Both the position numbers and the translations under genes were made by a program. A stretch of 64,000 nt of DNA from Octopus vulgaris (taxonomy: Eukaryota), in the NCBI GenBank assembly GCA_951406725.2, contig OX597815.1, positions 126,914,001-126,978,000 on the forward strand, read 5' to 3'. Below the pieces are notes generated by a model. It saw only the letters and a program-made list of their open reading frames with translations, was not told where the DNA came from and made no database searches. Within the stretch, counting starts at the first letter, position 1. Each line of letters starts with the position of its first letter. Of the stretch, positions 54,162 through 64,000 are shown one piece after another.

Positions 54162-54980
54162 ACAGATAATGTTTACTGGAAACAAATAAAAAGTTAAAGT
54201 TAAAATTAAATTACTTCAACTAGGTTTAAACATTAAAATTTGTGTACTTGGTGCTCAAAGTAATTATTTCTCATTCTACAATTTAAAAATTAATATTTGA
54301 TTAAAATATAATCACCTTTTATTCTATTTTTGAACTTTCAGCCGAGAGAAGAGTTGACTTCCAAAATTAAAAAAAAAAAAACAAAAGACAAAACAAGAAA
54401 CTATTTATTAATCTATGTATTTATTGAACAATACTAACATCACATCCTTTCATTACTATCGCAATAAATATCTGAATTGGTGTGTTATCCTCTATGCTTT
54501 TAAATAATCTTTAAATTAGATCAAGGATTCCTATTTACTGATATTCTTTAGTTATAAGAATTTCAAGCAAAAATAAATAAATGAATAGATACATAAATAA
54601 ATGATAAATAGATGAATAAATAAGTAGAGTAAGAAAACTTTCTAAGATTTGTCTTACCAGTAGTGAGACCTCAGATTTTTCTCAGATTTTCTTTTGTTTC
54701 ATAGTTTTTAACTAGGAGAAAAGTAGGTGGAAGTTTACTAATTATACTAATTTTCATGAGCCCTAGGGTCTTTTTGTGCTTTTTGTATTTTTGGTTTTTG
54801 TTTTTGAATAGTTGTGAATTTATGGTAAGGCAAGCAATTCTGAAGTTGTACTGAAATCATCTTCATTTTTTTGTATTTTGCAGAATTTAGATTATGACAG
54901 CGGTTTAGCATTCTATGAATTTTTAAAAAAAAAACAAAAGATTTTTAGGTAGACGGACAGACTGACAGACAGACAGACAG

Positions 54981-55043
<63 letters not shown>

Positions 55044-56165
55044 TAGAGAGAGAAACAGACAGCCAGATAACAGAGATAGATAGATATAAATAGAGAAATG
55101 ATAGAAAGATTGATAAACAGATCAACAGAGAAGTGGGTAGACCAAAATAGTGTATTACGTGATAGAATTAACAAGATCCAAAACAAAAATCAGATAGTGT
55201 ATATAATACCAGTTACTTTTATACAAATGTATCTATTATTATTGTTGTTGTTGCTGCTGTTTATGGTCTTCTGCTATTTCTCTAATTCACTCGCTCTTCT
55301 TTTGATTGCTTGCTACTTTCCTTCCTGTTGAAATTATTCTTTTTCTTTTTTTTTTTACTGTTTCTTCCTCAAAACAATCTTTCATTTGGAAAAATCCAAG
55401 TGTTATAAAAGCAGTAATTTTATGAAAGCAACGAGAGATGAGTGTGGAAGCACCATTCCATTTCAGTGGAACTGTTGAGCAGATGACAGCCTGTCATCAC
55501 TGTGGTGCCACGCAAGTTTGTTCAGTTCATATACACAACGCATGATATATATATTTTTTTCTTTGCTTTTTATCTTTTCTTAACCGTGACAGAGGCAATC
55601 AATAGGCATCAAAGAAGAAAGAAAACAAAGAAAGCATAATGGATCACTTACTTCTTCTTAAGTGACAATAGTGTCGTTGGGGATATCAGTGGTAAAGGAC
55701 GGGTGGTGTTACACTGACTGGCATTGTTGCTTTTGTTAGTTGCTGTTTGTAGTTGTGATGGCTGGGGTTGCTGTCATTTGTGAGGTTGCATGCTTAGATA
55801 TTTTCATTGGATTTTCTGTTTATAAACTAATATTTTTAATGTATAAACGTGCCTGCTTGTGCATGCGTGTATATGAGTGTCTGTACGTGTAATAGCAAAT
55901 ATGCTTGCATACACTCTTTTCTTTGTAATTTAGTGTCTATGTATGTGTGTGCGTATGCATGTGGATTTATCTATCTACCTGTCTGTCTATTTATCTATCT
56001 ATCTCTTTATCTATCTGTCTATCTATCTATCTGTCTACATATATATATGTGTGTGTGTGTGTGCGTGTTATGTATGCATTAATGAGTATGTATGTATGTA
56101 TGTATGTAAGTGGATTTGATGGACAGACAGTGAAAGAAGCCAATTATATATACATACATATACAA

Positions 56166-56209
<44 letters not shown>

Positions 56210-56240
56210 ACATACATACATGCATACATACATATATACA

Positions 56241-56328
<88 letters not shown>

Positions 56329-56536
56329 TAGATAGATAGATATAGATATATACATATATATCTTTTTTTTTCTTTGTAGTTTCAGCTCAGAGCTGTGGCC
56401 ATGCTGATGCACTGCTATGTATATATATATATATATATATATATAAAGGGAAAGTTTATGAAAATAAACAAAAGACGAAGGCAGGTGGAGTACAAACAAA
56501 CAAAAGTATTAGTATAGCACTCAGGAATAGAAAAAG

Positions 56537-56574
56537 TCTTTTACGTTTCGAGCCTATGCTCTTCGACAGAAAGA
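56537..56574 (-). ncRNA. Minimal type I hammerhead-like motif with a CUGUCGA core, inside a repeat at ~56445-56605
   Basis: Minus strand: TCTTT-CTGTCGA-A-GAGC-ATAG-GCTC-GAAA-C-GTA-AAAGA; perfect stems I and II, palindromic ACGT as stem III. Confidence 0.7.
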
Positions 56575-57374
56575 TACATAGAAAAAAACAAGGTGAGAAA
56601 AACACACATATATACATGTGTCTGTGAGTGAATGTGTGTGTGTGTGTGTGTGTGCACGCGCATGTGTGTGTGTGTGTGTGAGTGTATGCATATTTGTATC
56701 TGTGCTTATCCCCACCACCACTTGACATCCGGTAGTGGTGTGTTTACATCCTCATAACTTAGCAGTTTGGCAAAATTGATAGATTGAGTAGTAGGCTTAC
56801 AAAAAAAATTTTTGTAATAAGTGCTGAGGTTAATTAATTAAACTAAAAATTCTTCAAGATGGTGCTGTAGCATGACCACAGTCTAATGACTGAAACAAGT
56901 AAAAGATGAAAGACATATGTGTGACTCATGCAAACATGAAATGTAGACATTAAATGAGGATTATGGCATAATGATGACGACAACGACGACGATGATGATG
57001 ATGATGATGATGATGGTGCTGGTGGTGGTGATGGTATATATATTTTATTGTATGCGTGTATATATGTGTATGTATGTATGTTTTAGTGTATGTGTTTGCA
57101 TAACTAATGTCTGCACATGCATGAATGTAGGTCTCAGTGTATATGTGTATATATGCATGTATATATTCTTTTATTCTTTTATTTTTTTCAGTCATTTGAC
57201 TGTGGCCATGCTGGAGCACCACCTTTAGTTGAACAAATCAACCCCAGCGCTTATTCTTTGTAAGCCTAGTACTTATTCTATCAGTCTCTTTTGCCAAATC
57301 ACTAAGTTACAGGGACATAAACACACCAACATCAGTTGTCAAGCGATGTTGAGGGGACAAACACAGACACACAA

Positions 57375-57416
<42 letters not shown>

Positions 57417-57904
57417 CAAATTCGATGACAGCACCGCATGACTGGCATCCGTGCTAGTGGAGCGTTAAGAGCACCATCCGAGCATGATCGTTGCCAGGGT
57501 TGCTGACTGGCTCCCATGCCGGTGGCACATAAAAAGCACCATTCGACCATGATCATTACCAGCATTGTCTTACTGGCACTTGTGCCGGTGGTACGTGAAA
57601 AACAATATTCAAGTGAGGGCGTTGCCAGTGCCGCTGCACTGGCTCCTGTGCAGGTGACATGTAAAAACACCATTTGAGTGTAGCCGTTACCAGTACTGCC
57701 TGACTGGCTCTTGTGCTGGTGGGACATAAAAGCACCCACTACACTCTCAGAGTGGTTGGCGTTAAGAAGGGCATCCAGCTGTAGAAATTTTGCCAGATCA
57801 GATTGGAGCCTGGTGCAGCTATCTGGCTCACCAGTCCCCAATCAAACTGTCCAACTCAACCCATGCCAGCATGGAAAGCAGATGTTAAACGATGAGGATG
57901 ATGA

Positions 57905-57958
<54 letters not shown>

Positions 57959-58220
57959 CAGTCTTATTTCAATTTCTGTCTACCAAATCCACTCAGAAGG
58001 CTTTAGTCAGCCTGAGGCTATAGTAAAAGACACTTGCTCAATGTGCCATGCAGTGGGACTTAACTTGGAACCATGTGGTTGATAAGCAAGTTACTTACCA
58101 CACACCCACTTCTGTGCATAAATGTGTGTTTAAACTGTATGTAGATATACATGTATTTAAATGTGTTCATGAATGTGTGTTTTTTAGTGTATGTCTGTGT
58201 GTGTATATATGTATAAATGC

Positions 58221-58251
<31 letters not shown>

Positions 58252-58793
58252 TGTATATATGTATGCGTATATGCATAACTCATGCCTCTATGCATCCAAA
58301 TGTACAGGTATTTGTGTGCATGTGTGTGTGTGTGTGCATACCACTGTCCATGTATCTGTGAGTATAGGGATGTAGGTGTCTGTACATGAATGTATATCTG
58401 AATCTGTATCTATGTGTATGTATTTGTGTTTACATTTGTGTGTGTTTGTGTGCATGTGTATAAGTTAATATCTAATGGCTAAAATAGGGTGATGAGTCTG
58501 GCAGAATCGTTACCACGCTGAGGAAAATACTTAGTAACATTTTGTCCATCTACACATTCTGAGTTCAAATTACCCCAAGACTAACTTTGTCTTTCATCCT
58601 TTCAGAGTTGATAAAATAAACACCGGTTGAGTACCAGGGTTGATGTAATTGACTCACCACCACCCCTGAAATTACTGGCTTTTCCAAAATATTTTAAGCC
58701 AATATCTAATGGTTAAAATAAGAAGTAACATAAAAAACTTATCACATTCAGTTCGATAGACAGACAGACAGATAGACAGATAGAAAGACAGAA

Positions 58794-58824
<31 letters not shown>

Positions 58825-58837
58825 TAGATAGATAGAT

Positions 58838-59704
58838 ATGTTTCTTTATTAGCTACACAGGGCTGCACACAGATTACAAAGTAGAGCTTTTCTTTTTGAG
58901 GGAAAGAAAAAAAAAGTGGGGTAGGTCTTTGATCAAAAGGGATCGTAAAAGGGAAAGAAGAAGAAGAAAAAAAATGGAAAAGAAACAAAGGAAAAAAAAC
59001 GATCAATAGGGATCGTGTATCACAGTGTCATGATGTAAGGTGTAAAGGGGGAAGCAGATAAGGTTTATCCGTGGGAAGAAAAGCCTACGGAAAAGACCCC
59101 GGTAACCCCGGTCAATATTGTTACATGTTACTACATTTGTTTGCAAGTAGGTAACCCTCTGTTTTAAATTTCCGGGTTCATAGGATTATGCTCAAGGTGG
59201 CTTCGTCATTCATACGTGCCATCCTTGCTACATTCACCCATCTTTTTTAAAACATTCGCTAGACAAAACTTGCCTCTCTACTCTCACTTTCCTTTTCAAG
59301 TGATACTTGAAGAAGTTAATGAGAGATTGACCAGAGAGGAAAGTGTTTGTCTTCAATCCTTTCAGACGCGTCCACCAGATACATTCTTTCACCATAGCCA
59401 CAAGGATGATGAAAATAGCTCTTCCTTCCCGTTTGAAGGAAGGAGGCGTGACAATATTGACAATAGACTCGGCTGATAAACTGACTCATCCCACACATGA
59501 CAGCAGTTGTTCGACATAGGCCCATAGGTTGGAAATTGTTGGACACTGCACGAGTGCGTGCAAAACGGTTTCGTCACTCTGACCACATCTCAGGCAGGTC
59601 GGTACCATGTTTCTCAAGCCGTGCCTGTAGAGCTTATCCCAAATGGGTAGTGCTTCTCGGTAGCACTGCCAGGCCAGGGATCTCTGGAAGTTGTCCATGG
59701 GCCT
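58838..59704 (-). mobile_element. L1/Tx1-like LINE 3' end (zf-RVT) inserted in (GATA/GACA)n
   Basis: [20 protein letters not shown]...CLRCGQSDETVLHALVQCP...LW; flanked on both sides by GATA/GACA arrays. Confidence 0.8.
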
Positions 59705-59787
<83 letters not shown>

Positions 59788-59788
59788 T

Positions 59789-59834
<46 letters not shown>

Positions 59835-59879
59835 CAGACAAACAGACAGACAGACAGGCAGAGAGATAGACAGACAGAC

Positions 59880-59930
<51 letters not shown>

Positions 59931-60002
59931 CAGATAGATAGATAGATAGATAGATAAATAGACAGACAGACAAACAGATAGATAGACATACAGACTAACG
60001 GC

Positions 60003-60035
<33 letters not shown>

Positions 60036-60076
60036 TGACAGACAGACAGACAGACAGACAGATAGATAGATCGATT

Positions 60077-60129
<53 letters not shown>

Positions 60130-60160
60130 GTCGATAGATAGACAGACAGATAGATAGATA
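59705..60160. repeat. (GATA)n/(GACA)n microsatellite
   Basis: Read directly. Confidence 0.95.
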
Positions 60161-60229
60161 TGCATATGACATGTACGCATACATATATGTGTGTGTATGC
60201 ATGTGTGTGTATACACACACAGAATATTT

Positions 60230-60700
60230 TTTAAATTTTAACCTTTTTCAAATTCACACCTGCCAGAAAGATGTGAGCAAGAAGGAGGTTCCAGAGCCCT
60301 CAATGTTCTGGAGATAAAGGATTAAATATAATGGATAATGTGAAACTGGGGGAGTTAGACACAACAAGGGTAATGATAAGAAGGGTCAGAGGTGAGATGA
60401 ATAGATCAGGTGTACATAGGTAGAGGAGGCATAAAACTGCTGAGTTCAGAGGAAGATGGGCCATTACAGTGGCAATAAGAAAGCAGAGGGAAGAAATAAC
60501 ATGCTTGTGGGCCAGATACAGAATATCACTGAGTGATATTATGTCAGTCAACTAATCTTTCTCCAAATGTTATCTATGAGGTCTGTGTGAGTAACAGGCA
60601 GTGCCATTCCAGGTGTGGATCTCATTTGAACTTTGTAAAGCATCAGCTATTGTTAGAGACTGAAGTATTTTCTGGTTCCTAAAGTTGGAGAGCTAGTTTT
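60230..60700 (-). mobile_element. Degraded Jockey/CR1-like LINE 3' end
   Basis: Frameshifted LAHKHVISSLCF...CNGPSSSELSSFMPP resembles the ORF2 C-terminus of this group. Confidence 0.45.
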
Positions 60701-61149
60701 TGTGACACAATCCTGACTGTGTTTAGACATACTTTCACAACAGATTTTCAATGACTGTGAAGTCTATTCTTTGTGTATTTTATGAAAGTCACAAAGAAAC
60801 AGAAGGAATATTGTTTTAAATGCCAGATTTGAAACAAAAAAAATTCTGAGAGATTTCATGGTTGTTTTTTTTTTTTATATTCTGTTGGTCTATGTTTTGA
60901 TTTTCAGCTTGCATTTTGCTTTTAATAAAGCTTCTGTATTTATTCTTCTTATTTCTTTAGTATTCTATATAAAACTGTGGTGCTGCCAACTAATGTCTTT
61001 CTGTCCAATTTAATTTTGTGCGCTATATGAAAGTTGTATCAAAGGAGGACATAGATATTTTATTAATTGATATAGGTTTTCTCAAATTCGACACATTGGT
61101 AAAGTAATTCTTCTTTTATAGAAAATTATTCCTCAAGTTCTTCATTGTG

Positions 61150-62130
61150 GGCAAATAGTGTGTTCTAAACAGAAGCAGTGTGCTGTACTTAGACCTTGAT
61201 GAAGAAGGAGTACAAGTTATCCAATATCCACAGAAGGTTTCAAGTAACTTTTGGAAATAACACCATTGACAAAAAAAATGTTCTCAAATGGATGAAGTTT
61301 AAATAAGGAGAAACTAGCATTGAAGATAAACCATGCTATGGGAGGGCTATCAACCCCAACAGTTGGCACAAAACTACCAGTAGGTGGACAAACTGATTGG
61401 TGCATACAGATGAGTAACAAATTATAAGCTTGCTGCACAACTGGACTATGATCACAAAGCATAACAGAAGATGGTGGAATATTTTGGGTGCTAGAAAGTG
61501 TGTGCCAGGTTGGTACCTGGGCAGCTGACAACCAATTTGAAAGAAAGAACATTAGAAGTCTACTCTCATCTATTGGAAGCATTTGGAGCCTATGAAGACA
61601 CATTTTCCCTAATTAAATGTTAGTAGATGAAATGTAGGCATATCTTTATCACTTAAAAATGTAGGCTTAATCCATGGAATATATTACACCTTTTCTCTAA
61701 GGTGTTAAAAATTCAAAAGACAATGATTTCCACAGAAAGTTATGGTGACTTGTTTTGAAGATGACAAAGGTGTAATTCTTCTTGATTTTCTGGAAAGTGG
61801 CTGTATCATGAACAGTAAACAGTAAAATTGAGACACAAAAAGCTTAGAGAAGCTATAAGGTGGAAGAGACCAAAAAAGAATTTGAAGATGATCCACATTT
61901 ATCATGAAAATGATGATCACACATCTTTGGCAACAAATCAGGCAATCAGCAAATTATGTTGATCACTGATCTGCCATCTATTCTACAATCTGGATCTGAC
62001 ATCCTCTTGCTACCACCTGTACAATCCAATGAAGGACCATCTTCAAAAACAACTGGAAAGAAGTTAGTGCAACAGTGCATACATGAATATTTTTACACTA
62101 AATTAATTGCAGTAGTCATTGTTATTTCTC
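61150..62130 (+). mobile_element. Decayed mariner transposase
   Basis: IHRRFQVTFG...WMKFK*GETSIEDKP, VCARLVPGQLT (WVPR.L motif), KLREAIRWKRP...IYHEN. Confidence 0.75.
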
Positions 62131-62875
62131 ATTTTATTGACTGCATCTATATAGATGGCATGTATGGCTCTCACAAGCCATTTGTCTACCTGTGCCTTTC
62201 TCAGTCATCATCAGATCTCAAAGCAAGAGATCTTGTTAAAGGCTTTTAACAAGAATACTAAGTACAGCAGCTTACTTTTAGCTAAGTAACTCTCCTGCAG
62301 TTATTTCGCTAACATGAGGTACTCACTACCCTAGCTACCTTCTAGATTGTTGTCTCTGAAAAGAATAGCAATCAATAAGTAGTTATTGTAGGTCTTGCAG
62401 CGATAAAAAATGTTCTGGTTGTTGAATGAAAAATCATTATCAGCCTCTTGACATTACTGTATTAAGTGCTAGGACTCATAGGATCAGTTACTTGTTTTCT
62501 TTGGTTTATACTTGAATGACATTCCTCCTGTATAGGATGCTAGTCCCTCACATAGTTATTTATTTACAGCTGAGTGAACTGGAGCAATGTGAAATGAAGC
62601 GCTTTGCTCAAAAACAGACTGAGGCAGGTGAAAGCTAGCAAGCTGAATCTTCAAAAACACTGTCACCCCTCTATAAGTATGATAGATATATTTCTTTTCC
62701 TTTCTAGTTTCAGCTGAAGAGCCACAGCCATGCTAGGGCACCACAATTTGCTTTGCTACACTTTCACTGAACCTCCTCTGAAGTGGAGCATTTGGTGAAT
62801 GAATGATTTTGATGTTGCTGCCCTCATCTGTGAAAATGCCTACATCCACTCCATGTAGGTCTCTTAGGATTTTTG

Positions 62876-62902
<27 letters not shown>

Positions 62903-62913
<11 letters not shown>

Positions 62914-63170
62914 ATTCGAGACAAAACCACTATTTTAAAACCAAACAAAGAAAGACTTAATCAATACATAAAATTTTAATATAAATTATTTTATTTATTT
63001 AATTTATATTAAAATTTTATGTATTGATTAAGTCTTTCCTTGTTTGGTTTTAAAATAGTGGTTTTGTCTCGAATTATATTATATAATATTTTACTATAAA
63101 ATTGGATTTAACCCTAAATCTGATTTTTCCCTGTAATTTTGGATTCTTTCCCTAATATTTATTATTATTA
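62903..63170. mobile_element. AT-rich fold-back element in (TA)n
   Basis: 86-bp arms 62903-62988 and 63000-63085 with one mismatch, 11-nt loop, ~85-bp unique tail; same layout as the other fold-back elements. Confidence 0.8.
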
Positions 63171-63227
63171 TATATATATATATATATATGTATGGGATGA
63201 CCCAATATATTTTTATATATATAAATA

Positions 63228-63860
63228 TATTTGGTCATCCCATAAATAATACAGTTTTTTTTCAATTGCATGAACTAAAAGTCAGAGGGAAATGGGATAC
63301 CTGCAATCAACTTGCTATAAAAGCAGGTAGTAATTTTACTGTGTGCTTATTCTTAGTGCAAGTTTCAAAGGGGGCAGTTCGATTTGAACAGTTATTTTAT
63401 CAAAACTATAATGGAAGTGACAAAGGAGCATATTCAGTATATTTTGCTTTATGAGTTCAATAAAGGCAACAATGCAACGGAAAGTGTGAGGAATATTAAT
63501 ACATTATATGGGGATCAGACAGTAAGTGTAAGCCAATGTCAATGGTGGTTCCAGAAATTCCGAACTGGAAACTATAACTCAGAAGACTAACCTCATCCTG
63601 GAAAATCTGGAGAGCTCCATGAAGACATCTAGCAAACCCTGCTGGAACAAAATCCCATTGTAACTGTTGAGAAGCTTAGATTTATTCATTCAACCATTCA
63701 TCAACACCTGCATGCTATCAGAAAAGTCAGTAAATTGGGTCAATGGAATCCTCACAAAATTTCTGAGTCTAATCGCCTGCAGAGAGTGAATGCCTGATCT
63801 TTGCTGTTATGTCTCATGACTCAACCTTTTTTGGACTGAATAGTGACTAGTGATGAGAAA
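63228..63860 (+). mobile_element. Mariner transposon 5' half, interrupted by an RTE-tail repeat at 63861
   Basis: TIR TATTTGGTCATCCCATAAATAAT; ATG 63411 MEVTKEHIQYILLYEFNKGNNATES...WFQKFRTG, KLGQWNPH, IVTSDEK; stops and frameshifts present. Confidence 0.9.
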
Positions 63861-64000
63861 TCATCATCATCATCATCATCATCGTTTAACGTCCGCTTTC
63901 CATGCTAGCATGGGTCGGGCGATTTGACTGAGGTATGGTGAACCAGATGGCTGCACCAGATTCCCATCTGATCTGGCAGAATTTCTACAGCTGGATGCCC

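Overview
AT-rich, microsatellite-dense animal genomic DNA. The repeat content (tRNA-derived SINEs, RTE and R4/Dong LINEs, Penelope-like elements) suggests an octopus or other coleoid cephalopod; this is inference. Only one host exon is recognisable: the first coding exon of a KCNQ1-like (Kv7) potassium channel on the minus strand (53049-52763). It ends at the same phase-2 position as vertebrate KCNQ1 intron 1, so everything to its left is probably one intron of more than 52 kb. That region is a transposon graveyard: Tc1, mariner, Tigger, Merlin, hAT MITEs, Helitrons, a Gypsy relic, and RTE, CR1, Tx1 and R4 LINEs. The main signal absent from the ORF track is at least four sequence-unrelated type I hammerhead ribozyme families (7 copies). 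All share a GUA cleavage triplet and a short, largely palindromic stem III, and they sit in fold-back or Penelope-type elements beside (TA)n tracts. They include a near-perfect 460-bp palindrome with an intact hammerhead on each strand (33027-33486) and a minimal hammerhead with a non-canonical CUGUCGA core (56537-56574).
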